Position numbers and translations under genes: made by a program
Source of the DNA: Antedon mediterranea
Lineage: Eukaryota; Animalia; Echinodermata
NCBI RefSeq assembly: GCF_964355755.1
Contig: NC_092670.1
Location: 9,290,201 to 9,354,200 of the forward strand
Direction: 5' to 3'
DNA length: 64,000 nucleotides
Part shown: piece by piece, positions 26,701 through 38,347 of the stretch
How the letters are laid out: every line of letters starts with the position of its first letter
Position numbering within the stretch: the first letter of the stretch is position 1
Notes under the pieces: model-generated
The model's database searches: none
Told to the model about the DNA's origin: nothing
What the model saw: only the letters and a program-made list of their open reading frames with translations

Positions 26701-29244
26701 AGGTTTCCTTAGAGACAGGCTTTAAAAATGATTGGTTCCACCTTCGAAATAATATAAATTCAGTATAATTTACAAATGGATTTTATTTTTATTTACTTTT
26801 ACGTTAAATTCTCATATTTTTTAATTCTGACATTTTCTTGTATCTTTGTAATATAACTTTTTATACAGCAATATTTTTGGTGATAGTTTAAAATAAATAT
26901 AAATACATATAATAAATACTTGTATATAAATATATAAATATAAATATATAAATAGCACAGTACAGCACAACACAGCACAGATTCTATAAATAGCACAGCA
27001 TTGTCATTTGTTTCAGTTATTTGCCTTTGGATTTATAAATATATAGATATATACTTATATATAATAAATATAATAAAGCATATTATCAGTAATTATTTTT
27101 GTATTGTTTTGATTTTTTGTAGGAAAGTTAACAAGTCCTACAGAGGAAGATGTTGTCCCATCGTCGTTCATTGCAGGTGAGAATAATATTTTATGGTTCT
27201 TTTTTGTGGGGAAATTCGATTTTAAAGCACCATTTTGAAAATGTTTATCATGTTGGTTATCAACAGATGGCCCGCAGGCCACATCTAGTGCATTTCATAT
27301 TACTATTGAAGGTTTATTGCTAAAAATGAACATTAAGGTTTAATATGCTAATTAGCTCCCAATGAGCATGGACTTCACAGCATTGGTAAATTACAAGTAG
27401 GCCTACACAAAAACCCTTGTATAAATGCATTGTAATCATATATAACAATAATTACAATAATTAAAAATAATAACTACTACAGTAGTAATGACTATAATTT
27501 TTGTGTTTAAATTTTAAATGTAAATATGTATATGTTTGTATGATGTAGTATGTTTAAGCGGATGTTAGCCCTTGATAGCATTTGCAGCAATAAAGAAATT
27601 GAATTGAATTGAATATAACAGAGCTTTGTTATAATAGTGCAGTTATTATGTATTGTCTCACTAAAGTATAATAGTACGTATATAATGACGTTGACCGGAA
27701 TTTCATTATTATTAAAATATAAATATGATATAAATTTAATCTAAAATATTCTTATTTTGTAGTGATGGTATAGGAAGAACAGGCACCTACTGTCTCATAG
27801 ATATGACCTTGACGAGGATGATCAAAGGAGCGAAAGAGATTGACCTAGCTGCGACACTGGAACATGTACGAGACCAACGCCCTGGGATGGTTCGTACAAA
27901 GGTAAAATACCTCATGCTAAATCAGTCAATAGTGAAATTTAAATGGATTCAAAACTTGTTGCCCATTTTTATTCTTTTATATGGGCATATAGTGTTTATA
28001 ACTCTTTTTGCCAATTAAAATGGGTCCTCTCACAAAAAATATTTACCACCGCTCATTTTACTACAGTATTAGTATATTCAATAACCTAACAGTAGAACTT
28101 CTTCTATTCAGGGGACATTTATATTAAAGCGATGAACCGAACGAACTGAACCCCCAGTCGGTTCACCAGTAATAGTAGAATACCTCCTTCCTATTCAGAG
28201 AAACCCCTTATTAATGGGACACTTTGAGTTCTTAAAAAGAGTTCTACTTTAAGTGTGCTATGATGACTGCAATAATACAGTTTTGTCAAGCTCTTTCATG
28301 ATGTTTTCTTATGAGCTATTCTTAGCTAAAACATTAACTCTTGTTAAATGTAATGAAGTTTGCCTTGTTAGCAGAATTGATTTAGGATGCTGATTTTGTC
28401 TACAGTTACGTGACATTATAAAGATAGGGAAATAGGAAATAATTCATAATACCATATTTGTATTCCTGGACATAGTCATTCGTCTGCCCATAATTACCGG
28501 CGGTTTAAAATAAAAATTTAATTAAATCAATGAGGTTGCATTTAAGCTAAGTTCATCAGAATTTTCAACAAACAAGAAAACATATATCATTTTTTATTAT
28601 TCCTTTGGGACAAGCCTATTCAGTGGACATCCTTTAAGGGGGAACTTTGTTTGGTCGAGAATGTGTCCCCTCAATAGAGGTTATGTACTAGCACCAGTAT
28701 AATTCCACCTCCTTTGTACTAACAAATATCTGGGGTTGGGTCAGTCTGTATAAGTTTTGACTTAAAAATAGAATGAGGACATCAATAAAAACCTTACTTG
28801 GACAAAGTTGATGTCCTAAATGTTATGTCGAAAATGTTATAAGAGTATTTTATAAACCAATACAGTAATTAAAATGTTAAACCATTGTTAATTGTTTATT
28901 AAGAAGTTGGTAAAATAAAGAGAATATACGGTATAGAACCACTATTTTGGAAACATCTCAGAACCCAACAAAGTTTCCCATAAAGACATAACATATTTCC
29001 AATCATTTGTATCACAGTAAAGTATCCACTAAATAGAGGTGTCCACTTAATAGGGATGTTCCCCGAATATAGGGTGTCTCTCAAAGGAGGGGTTCTACTT
29101 TGGTAAATATTTAATTACATATATTTTTTTTTCTTCCCATTCTTGATGTATTTTTTTGTTGTATTCCCATAGGAGCAATTTGAATTTGTCCTGACTGCTG
29201 TAGCGGATGAAGTGAATGCCATTTTGAAAGCCATACCTCAGTAA
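11159..29244 (+). CDS. PTPRN: Receptor-type tyrosine-protein phosphatase-like N / N2 (IA-2/phogrin ortholog), 5'-partial. join(11159..11374,15060..15248,17823..17970,18460..18533,19041..19118,19450..19641,20183..20277,27123..27176,27763..27901,29173..29244)
   Basis: All introns are GT-AG and the phases match. The spliced protein has [85 protein letters not shown] and a C-terminal [11 protein letters not shown]. These are IA-2 family hallmarks. No ectodomain exons were recognised in the window. Confidence 0.96.
13431..13531. mobile_element. MITE family A copy
   Basis: TIR gctctgtctacacaatcaaacta / tagtttgatagtgtagatagagc. Confidence 0.75.
15060..15248 (+). CDS. PTPRN: PTPRN-like exon (DLCRQRMA...[10 protein letters not shown])
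   Basis: ttttcttag|GAT...CTG|gtaatt; 63 codons with the conserved IA-2 juxtamembrane motifs. Confidence 0.95.
17823..17970 (+). CDS. PTPRN: PTPRN-like exon (TYMEDH...KNRFEDVLP)
   Basis: ttttgtag|ACG...CCAT|gtaaga; phase 0-1. Confidence 0.95.
18127..18389. mobile_element. Tc1/mariner-pogo-type MITE
   Basis: ta|ccatatatcctcgggtataatccc ... gggatttaccagaggatatacgg|ta; TA flanks on both sides. Confidence 0.7.
18460..18533 (+). CDS. PTPRN: PTPRN-like exon (YDHTRV...DYVNASVI)
   Basis: tttttag|AT...ATC|gtaagt; phase 1-0. Confidence 0.95.
19041..19118 (+). CDS. PTPRN: PTPRN-like exon ([26 protein letters not shown])
   Basis: ccacag|ACG...GAG|gtacag. Confidence 0.95.
19208..19368. mobile_element. 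MITE family A copy (PIF/Harbinger-like, TTA TSD)
   Basis: tta|agctctgtct ... agacagagct|tta; internal tandem cactaccatatttaagcatat. Confidence 0.8.
19450..19641 (+). CDS. PTPRN: PTPRN-like exon (MIWEQG...RSFYLKNLL)
   Basis: tttacag|ATG...TTG|gttagt; PTP motifs including KYWP. Confidence 0.95.
20183..20277 (+). CDS. PTPRN: PTPRN-like exon with WPD loop ([19 protein letters not shown]...LLEFR)
   Basis: ttcttgcag|ACT...AGAAG|gttagt; phase 0-2. Confidence 0.95.
20460..20615. repeat. Degenerate minisatellite, about 46-48 bp, 3-4 copies
   Basis: Recurring tataatggtgctaagaagac...cataac. Confidence 0.7.
20708..20775. repeat. (TAG)n microsatellite
   Basis: Directly visible, with one interruption. 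Confidence 0.95.
22015..22405. repeat. Degenerate ~23-bp tandem repeat (tgatgcaatagcattctctaact-like)
   Basis: About 10 recurrences of a tgcaatag(c/t)a-like core. Confidence 0.65.
22562..22632 (+). ncRNA. mir-153: microRNA mir-153 precursor (mature 3p about 22608-22629)
   Basis: TTGCATAGTCACAAAAGTGAT matches the known miR-153-3p. The 5' arm GGAGTCATTTTTGTGCTTGTGCAACT pairs with it. It is sense to and intronic in PTPRN, as in vertebrates. Confidence 0.97.
27123..27176 (+). CDS. PTPRN: PTPRN-like exon ([19 protein letters not shown])
   Basis: tttttgtag|G...TGCAG|gtgaga; phase 2-2. Confidence 0.95.
27763..27901 (+). CDS. PTPRN: PTPRN-like exon (SDGIGRTG...[11 protein letters not shown])
   Basis: ttttgtag|T...AAG|gtaaaa; phase 2-0. 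Confidence 0.95.
29173..29244 (+). CDS. PTPRN: PTPRN-like last coding exon ([23 protein letters not shown])
   Basis: cccatag|GAG...CAGTAA; family C-terminus; AATAAA motifs downstream at about 29475 and 29575. Confidence 0.95.
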   Translation, partial: EQFEFVLTAVADEVNAILKAIPQ

Positions 29245-31246
29245 AAGACTTGCGTTTAAAGCCGGCCGAACGACCGATCAGGGAAACGTGACATTGTTGA
29301 ATTCTGTCATAGATATGTGTGTATACATGCTGTAGCACTGGTTTGATGTTATCAAACAGAAATGCATCCAAATATGTAAAAGATTTCAACTATAAAACCA
29401 TTGCTGAAAGAATTAATATGTTACATAGTTTGTATGTTACCTTGAATACAAACCAAAATAAGAGAAATTATCTAAATAAAATGATTCTTATTTTATGAAG
29501 ATAATTATTATTAAACGTTGTCGTATGTTAATACTTACTGATAAATACTTCCAGTTTGCCCGAGATTGACAGAAATAAACCAGTGGCGTCTGTGGTTCAC
29601 ATGCTTCTTTATCATATCCTAGTGTCTGGGTCCAAATCCTGGCTGTGGTCAGTATGGCCTATTGCCACTACCCAATGCTCATGTGAGAATTTGAATACAA
29701 AGCATTGGTGATATTGATACCTAATATAATTAGTGATCTTGAATGTGTGCTGGGAAAAAATGTCATAAATACCAAAACATATCAATTAATATATATATAA
29801 ATAAATCTAAATATAAATCATTGTTGCAACAACAAAATCATTGGAAAAAATAAAAAGCAATCATAATTATATATATTTTGATTTTTAAATTCCTAAATTG
29901 TTTTTAAAGACAAATAGACTGTAAAATATCATTTCAAAATTATATAAAATATTAATGTAAATTTATTTTAATCTGGGCACAATTAATTTAACCACCAAAA
30001 ATATAATATAAAATTATTTACAATGTTTTATTTTTTTTAAACAAAATATATTTTTTGTTTATAGTGAACTGTCTACCTAAAATATATACCAACTTTATTT
30101 TATTAATAATCTGATGTAATATATCATTTTAATAACGTATTAAAATTACATAATTAGACTTCTGCAATTACTTTTCAGCATTCCAATATTGCCTCTTTTT
30201 AACTAGGCTTAAATCACTGTGCAATAACTAAGACAAAAGATATGAATTTGTGGTATATTTTTTGTATTAATAAAAAAAAATAGTTAAATCAGTATAAATT
30301 TATTCAGAATTATATTATAATAATATAATAATATTATTATAACTATTTATCATAAATTTCACTTCAGGAATATTATACAAGCTTGTATATACTTATTTAT
30401 TGAGAAAGAATTTTATGATTGAATAATCTCTTTTTTCACGAATGAATTGTCAATTGTTTGAATTTTTTTTCAGGCAATCAACTTTATCTATAAATTCTAG
30501 ATTTGAGACTTACTTATTACATTTTAAAGTAATTAAAATCATGTAAAATGAAATCAGGAGGAGAAAAAATACAATTTTAAATTCTTGAAGTATAAGAAAA
30601 TAATTACAAACTTATTCTAATTTTAGTCTTACAATACTGTATCTAGAATATTTGTATAAAACAAATACCAGTTGAAAATTGCCTCAGAGCATTATCATAT
30701 ATTAAGACATTAATATCTTTTCATTAACAGTAAAGCTGTGGATAATGAAAGATGGGCAAGGCCTACACCTCCCATTTGTTTCTAACTTTTCCATTAATAG
30801 TTTGCTAAATGAACTTTGATTTGAAGCAAAATCTACACAATTGTAATCTAAATATGTCGTACTTCCTATTACAAGACGTCATTTTAATTTGTATGTATCA
30901 TTCAAACGAAATTACTACTACTACTACTACTATATTACTCTATTACTAGAGCAAGGACGTAGTTAATTGACCAATCACGAAGCGATGGGTCATCCAAGTC
31001 GTCGCTTGTGATTGGTCAAATTTCTTGCCCTGTGCCTACGTCGTTGCGTCAATTATTTATCCTACCCCCCCCCCCCCTCCCATACATACAGTAGATCATT
31101 ACTTTACACAAATGAATACAAAACCAAATATAGTAAAAGTGTATTCAATAAAATCACCTGAATAAACACAGGTTATTACGTAAACCCACCAACCCCCTCA
31201 CCCACCCCTTTTCAATTTACTTAATGTAGCAATGTAGATAACATAG

Positions 31247-31703
31247 TTATTGAGTCATGGAATTCAGTGAATCATTTCGAAATTTCCATGCTTGTTTTAG
31301 GTATCTTTTACAAAAACTATCCAAAATATTTTCACACTCTTCATCAATTAAATTATCTGAGTATCCCAAAATATATTTAAGTTTGTCATTTTCATGAGAA
31401 GTATAAAAAGTATCAAACATATCTTTGCTGCCATTTCTATACATATCCACATATAAATTAAATAATTCTTGATTACGTATATTATTTAAAGCTGGACAAT
31501 TAAGGATGAAATGATGGATGTCTTCGTTCGAATTTGTACTGCATAATTTACATTATTTATTATTATCAATATTCCAATTTGCAGTTCTATCATTCAAAGG
31601 TAGAGTATTTGAACGAGTTTTAAATTTTAATGCAGCAACTTCAAAATTAGTTTTATCAATTAAGTAGTTTTCAAATCCATGTTTTGATTTTAATGTTTCA
31701 TAG
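31247..31703 (-). mobile_element. Non-LTR retrotransposon 3' fragment (C-terminal CCHC region), decayed
   Basis: The minus strand reads ...KFKTRSNTLPLN...*CKLCSTNSNEDIHHFILNCPALNNIR...LKQAWKFRN, a typical LINE ORF2 C-terminal Zn-knuckle, with an in-frame stop. Confidence 0.8.
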
Positions 31704-31758
31704 ATGTGGAGACTAATAGTATTTCTCTAAGGTCTGTGTATGTTATCACAGCTTCTAT

Positions 31759-31975
31759 TACAAGTTCTTCCTATAGTAAACTAAGTTAACTTGAGATGTT
31801 AACAAAGTTCTCCTATAGTAAACTAAGTTAACTTGAGATGTTAACAAAGTTCTCCTATAGTAAACTAAGTTAACTTGAGATGTTAACAAAGTTCTTCTAT
31901 AGTAAACTAAGTTAACTTGAGATGTTAACAAAGTTCTCCTATAGTAAACTAAGTTAACTTGAGATGTTAACAAAG
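31759..31975. repeat. 42-bp minisatellite, about 5 near-perfect copies
   Basis: Unit aacaaagttctcctatagtaaactaagttaacttgagatgtt; explains the repetitive ORF 31758..32105. Confidence 0.95.
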
Positions 31976-33214
31976 ATGCATGTACATGTATATTTATAAT
32001 GTTACAATAATGTCTCTCATAAATAAACAATGCAACAATGTTAGAATAATATTCATAAACTATAATATATTTTGGAGAATATATATATATTGAATTCAAA
32101 GGCAAATTACTTAAAATATTACCACGTTGTGAGAATTAATCGATGGATCTCGAAAATTTGCTTATTTTATTTTAAATTAAACGATAAAGTAAAGCAATCT
32201 GAAAGGGATTTCAAAACATTTGAATAGCGCCAATCGTCAAGACAAAATATATTTATTTATTACGTATTGATATCCACATTTTCTAGTTTCAAATCTAAAT
32301 ATACTTCGGATCAAGTGAAGTACCTTATATCAATAACCATTACTTAAACATTTGTAATTGATAAAACTACACACACAAAATAAATCCCATTTATGTATTG
32401 TAATGAATAATAATTAAATAAATGAATAAGTAATGAACTAATTATTAAAATGGAAATATAAACTGTGCCGTAAAATCTAGAATGTGTAATACTGTGACGA
32501 TAAAACTTGTGAGTGGCATGCTAAGGTTCATTGTTCGTCCACCTAGTAAACATAGGATAATAAACATTCATGTTGTTCCTTTCCCTCCGACATAAAAGTT
32601 ACAAATTGTGTTGAATTTCGTTACGTAACAAGTGTGCTAGTTACAAGTGTACTAGCACCAAGTGTGCGATTATATATGTTTAGTTATATTTTGACTGAGA
32701 ATTATATAAATATGAAAATGTGTATTTTTTTGAATGGGAATGTGCTATACAATGGAAAGTGGTCCGAATCGTCTTAAAATCTTACTTGTTGAAAGAGTAT
32801 GATGAGATACTAACATGTAATTTAAATATGTTGTATAACGTATTGTATTTAAGACACGTGTAATTTGTTTAGATCTGTGTAATAAACGGTGTATTTGTGT
32901 TGCAAGTAACCATGGCTTATACGTTTTTTTTTTATTCTGTTTTCCCTCGTCAACCACCTCCGGTAGACCTATGCCTGCTTGTAAAATCCCTGCTCACAGT
33001 GTGTATAGCCAACTGTTCAAAAGTCTCGCTCTCGAGTTAAATGTGCTATTCAAAAGTCCCGCCCTCTCGCGTTCAATGTTCTGTTTCAAAATTCCTCCCC
33101 TCTCGCGTGTAACTGTAAAGGCCAGCCTCCACAGACGACGATCGGTAACGGTAAACGGTAAGCAGAAAATAAAATATAGAATTTATATTATTTCTTATGA
33201 CCATTACACAACCT

Positions 33215-33480
33215 GACAGACCCTTTATTTTAAAATATTGGATCCGTCACTTTCGCAATAATCTGTCTTGCTTCTGCGGCCCACCACGACATGCTCTGTG
33301 CAGCGTCTACAACGAATGACAGGGACTGAGGTGAACCAGAACACTTGTAGGGAGATATAACTGCTTACTTCTCCGAATCATGTAACGGATTCTTCAGGGC
33401 ACACGAGTCATATTATACCGGACCCAGTAAATCCTTAAATATGGTTTTCGGCGCCTACCTTAACCACACGGACACTTTAC
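33215..33480 (-). mobile_element. Decayed SINE-like element
   Basis: cttacttctccgaatcatgtaacggattcttc resembles the reverse complement of the segment at about 62100; ends ccttaaccacacggacac like a reversed A-box. Confidence 0.45.
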
Positions 33481-33930
33481 TCGACACTGTCCGCCACGTA
33501 TTTTCTTGAACTTAATATGTATTTACTGAAAAGACGACATGATTCATCAACATCGATTAGAAATAATATAAATGGTTTAATAGGGACGTGATAGATCACC
33601 ACAATTAGGATACTCTCGTTATATTTACTCTGCTCTCTTAAAGTGACCTTTTTTAATTAACGATGGTAATGAAGATCTTAGTGGTTCCGACTTATAATTT
33701 CATCACCTGGTTGGCCATAACAAGAAACACAGTGGACGGGTTTAAAAGGCCATGTCATTGAGGGGGAAACGTCCGTTAATGTGGTAAAACTGATGCGTCA
33801 TTATTTCAAAACCTTCTAGGCCTAAAGTGTTGTGATCTTTTAATTATCCGTTTCGTAAGTTAAATCAAATGCTTCACCACCTACAAACGTGACATAGCCG
33901 AAGGCGTTGTCTGTCAAAAGTTCTACCTTA

Positions 33931-34066
33931 GACCCCATTTACACTTTAGGTATTAGCTAGCCCGAGGCCGGCTCAACGCAAGTGTAAACACAAAGTTGCG
34001 GACCGAAGCCGTTTTTTTAAACACATTGCGGGCTAAAAAAATCGTCAATGAAGTGTAAATGGGGTC
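33931..34066. mobile_element. Short MITE (PIF/Harbinger-like)
   Basis: tta|gaccccatttacactt ... aagtgtaaatggggtc|tta; TIR related to the 62777 element. Confidence 0.8.
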
Positions 34067-34487
34067 TTATTTTATTCTCAGATTCACCTTGGTCTTATTT
34101 GTGCAGAAATATGAATGAACATGCCTATTAATCATGTTGTGACGTATGGTCTTTTGTGTGTGACGCAAAATGATTTATTTGCATATTAATTTTGTTCACC
34201 TGTTGATATGTTCAAATGAGATGGAATGCATTCGTAAAAGATGAGTTGCCGCTAAGCCGCAATGGATGCAACCAGTTGGATATACAGTGTAGAATAAAAG
34301 TGAACGGTACCAAAATATAACGTGTCTGGATATTTTTGGCTAATTATAACAAAGTGGTGTGTAGAAGCCAATTATAGAAGAAGCTAATTATAACGATCAC
34401 AATGCAATGCCTCCCACATAAGATGCATTTTAAACATTTTCAATCAATCGATTTTAGTATGGCCTGTTTCTAAGTTAACTCCGTAGT

Positions 34488-34640
34488 GGAGCTGTAGCTT
34501 GGTGGTTATAACATGCTTGCCTTCCAATCCCAAGGTCCGGGGTTCAATTCTGACCCAGTGCCAGGGTTGTAACTCATGACTCGCTGTTGCATGCGTATGA
34601 AATAAAAAATATCTAGGTACCCCATAACGTCCTAGTACTG
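34488..34640 (+). mobile_element. tRNA-derived SINE head
   Basis: A box (tagcttggtgg), loop cttccaa and B box (ggttcaattc); no proper acceptor stem. Confidence 0.6.
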
Positions 34641-36059
34641 TAGTAGTGGGCGTATCATTGTTACCACAGTTGCACGTACATTGATAATTATTTCGTAACA
34701 AGAAGTGACATATAATGGGGCTTTGTCTATTTTGATTTATCCTTTTTTTTCTTCTTAATTAGGCCTATATCCGGAATGCAAATAAAGTTATATTACAAAG
34801 GATATTTGCGTTAATGCAAATACATTAATTTTTTTTATCTTGCATGTTAAAAACTATCATTATTTCTTGAATTGATTTAAACATGACATGGAACCGCTTA
34901 TTTGAGGTATGTGCGTGAAAGTAAACACGTGTCTTGGACGGCTTTTAGGAATGATGTATAAACGGAAACTCGTATGATTACAAATAAATTAAAAGATCCG
35001 TTGCTTTATGAATTCCATATCCTGTTGAAGACCTCCTCAAACTGTAGCTTACCCCTGCCAAACAAGATGCCAGGCTTGTACAAACTGTCCACACAACGCC
35101 GAAAATAGCTCTGTAATAGGCCTACAGTCCCATTTTTTGTACTGTGCAAGAAAACCTGTCACCGAGATTAAGTCCTGCCAAAAAGATGCCAGGGTGTACG
35201 TAAAATTGTCCACAATGCCAAGGTTATCTCTACAACGCTGTCCGGAATTTTGTTTTCAGTACTAGTGATGAATGTCTTTCAAGTTACAAGGCCATAGACA
35301 TGGCTGCAGTCGCGTGCTCAAGTTAGTGTTTACCAACCAACCGACCAACCGACCGACATAGTGAGCTGTAGAGTTGCGTTGCACTGTTATTAGTGGATCT
35401 CGATCAGATTATGAGAACATTCTAATTTACTTCGAATTTTGGAATGAAGAGTATTAATTTAATTTACCATTTTCTTTTACGCTCTTTTAATATAATAGTT
35501 TATTGTGACAGGCATACATTTAACAGCGTTGTCGACTTACAACTTACGACTAATGAGTTTTAATGTGTTAGTTTTTATCAGAAGCTTTCTTATTTCATTA
35601 ATATTCATTGATTCAAATTTGAATTTAAATAGTCTCAACTATTTTAACCGGCATGCGCATGTGTGTTTGTCTTTGTTAGTTGAAGCAAACAATGTCGTTG
35701 ATTGAGTTGAGACTTTAACCGACTTTAATCCAGTATGCTTCGCCATCTTTTCGTTCGTTTTTATCTAATTGATTTGAATGCATATTGATGTATATAGACA
35801 ACACCGTACCTGGTAAGAGAGTGTGTAGATCGATAGAGAAAACGCATCAAGAGGCAAACTAGATTTCACTTTTATGTACAGGTAGGCTACATTTGTTACA
35901 TTTAAACTACAGAAGATAATGGTGCTTGTCAGTGTGTTTTTACTCTTGTATTGTTTTCTCTGTACGACATTTTAATACTACAGGAGATAGCTATGTTAGT
36001 TATTGTTTTTTTTTTCACTGTGCTTCTGTACAGTAAGTAGTAAGGTCTCATAAGTGGAA

Positions 36060-36295
36060 GTTTCCCCCTGTTTACTCTTCCCTGGTCAAAACACAGTCTA
36101 TCCTAGGCTATCCGGTCCCCAAAATGTACGATGTTGTACACGGGACCAACGGCTTAAACGTCTCTTCCAAAAGACGATGAGCTACTATTACTACACGTAT
36201 TCCAACCTGCCAATATGACGTCGATGGGATTCTAACCGTGGACCAAATGAAATATTTTACTGTTCAGCGCACAACACCGTGACTATACCACCAGC
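36060..36295 (-). mobile_element. tRNA-derived SINE, decayed
   Basis: cgggaccaacggcttaaacgtc...ttccaaaag central segment and a reversed B-box-like gggattctaacc. Confidence 0.5.
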
Positions 36296-36624
36296 TTTTC
36301 CGACTGCGTTATATGCCACACTTAAAAGAGTGCATAAACAAGAAAAAGATTGTGCGTAAATTGTCATTGCAGTCTGTCGGTTTTAATAACTGTCTGTATA
36401 CACTGTACTAAAAAAACTTGTATATATCACATCTCATCGCACTTTGTATAAATTTGTTCTGATTCTTCAATAAACTGACTCAATGATCACTATTTCGTTT
36501 AGAAGAAGTGTTTACGACATGTAATCTGGTGCGATAAGCATCTTTGAAGGGTCTTCTTAGCTCATCAACTTTGACATAATTGAAAGTGAAACGAAATTAA
36601 ATTAAATATGTATTTCCAGTTCGG

Positions 36625-37320
36625 AACTGTTGGTATCCCTCCGTCAATATTTATCATAACACTTATTTTGGTTATATTGATCAATATGTGTAATATTTCT
36701 AACTTATGCATAGATCTATATATATATATATATAAACACAAGAGGCAAAGAACATTAATTCTAAACCGCCCGGTGATATACTGAAATTTAATTAATTAAT
36801 TTGAAACGATAAAGATGAGGAAATCTGTGAGAATGAGAAAAAGTCGTCCCAACCGAGACTCGAACTCGGACCGCCTGCTTGATATGCAGATGTCCTAACC
36901 ATTAGACCACTCGGGCTTTCATGGTATTGTTCGAACTCGATTGGATAACGACTCTTTAACATATAACATATCCAGATCTTGTTGGCCGATTTACTGTCTG
37001 CATTAGTGCTGGTATCCCTTCGCCAAACATTTATCAATCATAACACTGATTATATATTTTAATTTTCTTTATGTAATAATTATAACTTATACTATTCGTA
37101 GGCCTATATAATGTTATATACAAATTTAACAGCATATACAAAATTCTAAACCACCCGAATAATATATTGGAAATGAATTAATAAATTTTGAAGCGGTTAA
37201 GATGAGGAAATCTGTGAGAAGGAGAAAAAGCTGGTTCAACCAAGGTTCGAACCCGGATCATCTGCTTGATATGTAGACACCTAACATTTGACCACTGGGA
37301 CGCTCATAGTTTGATTGGAT
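36625..37320. repeat. Diverged ~385-bp tandem duplication carrying the tRNA-like sequence
   Basis: gatgaggaaatctgtgagaa at about 36814 and 37201; ggtatccct...atcataacact at about 36632 and 37011. Confidence 0.8.
36846..36916 (-). pseudogene. tRNA-like sequence (ATC at anticodon position); pseudo-tRNA or SINE head
   Basis: Minus strand: TGGTCTAATGGTTAGGAC, anticodon stem TCTGC/GCAGG, T arm CCGAG-TTCGAGT-CTCGG; acceptor stem has about 2 mismatches. Confidence 0.6.
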
Positions 37321-37522
37321 ATGTATCTGTTATGCTGGATTTACATGGGTATTGTTAGAGGTCCTAAAAACATATGTTTAAGAAGTACATTTTCGAGAAA
37401 TAAAATATGTGTGTTATGGGATGTACACTAGCATCAAGGAACACCAATTCGTAACTCCGTTTCTTTCTTGATAAATTACCTTCCACACATATTGTAAATT
37501 TCTGAAGTGGTGGTGGATTAGA

Positions 37523-38347
37523 CTTTGATGTTCATGAATGGTAAAGTCATGGGGAACAAATCATTAATGGTGAATTCATGGTGAACAAGTCTTTGATGTT
37601 GAAGTCATAGTGGACAAGTCTTTGATGTTGAAGTCATGGAGGGACAAGTCTTCGATGTTGAAGTCATGGTGGACAAGTCTTTGATGTTGAAGTCATGGTG
37701 GACAAGTCTTTGATGTTGAAGTCATGGGGAACAAATCATTAATGGTGAAGTCATGGTGAACAAGTCTTTGATGTTGAAGTCATACTGGACAAGTCTTTGA
37801 TGTTGAAGTCATGGTGGACAAGTCTTTGATGTTGAAGTCATGGTGGACAAGTCTTTGATGTTGAAGTCATGGTTTAAAAGTCTTTGATGTTGAAATCATG
37901 GTGGACAAGTCTTTGATGTTGAAGTTATAGTGGACAAGTCTTTGATGTTGAAGTCATGGAGGGACAAGTCTTCGATGTTGAAATCATGGAGGGACAAGTC
38001 TTTGATGTTGAAATCATGGAGGGACAAGTATTTGATGTTGAAATCATGGAAGGACAGGTCTTTGATGTTGAAGTCATGTGGGGACAATTCTTTGATGTTG
38101 AAGTCATGTGGGGACAAGTCTTCGATGTTTGATATCATGGGGACAAATCTTGTTGAAATCACGGGGGGACAAGTCGTTGATGTTGAAGTCATGAGGGACA
38201 AGTCGTTGATGTTGAAGTCATTGTGGAAAAATCGTTAATCTTGAAGTCATGGTGGACAGGTCTTGGATAGTGTTAGTCTAGGATTTTGAGTATGTAGGTC
38301 AAGTCTTGAATTTCTGAGGTCATGGTGACCAAGTCTATGATGTTGAA
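37523..38347. repeat. 29-30-bp satellite, more than 20 copies
   Basis: Unit ggacaagtctttgatgttgaagtcatggt; explains the repetitive ORFs at 37896-38238. Confidence 0.95.

Noticed and set aside
28090-29100. cagtagaac...-type pogo MITE remnants (also about 4305-4550)
   Set aside because: Probably real, but too decayed for me to define ends.
31758-32105. ORF with LLTSQVNLVYYRRT repeats
   Set aside because: It is a translation of the 42-bp minisatellite and has no splice or domain support.
36846-36916. Functional tRNA-Asp(ATC)
   Set aside because: Mismatched acceptor stem, A at position 32, an implausible anticodon and a decayed tandem twin.
37523-38347. CRISPR-like array or repeat protein ORFs
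   Set aside because: Units are head-to-tail with no unique spacers, there are no cas genes, and the context is eukaryotic. The ORFs are by-products of the 30-bp period.
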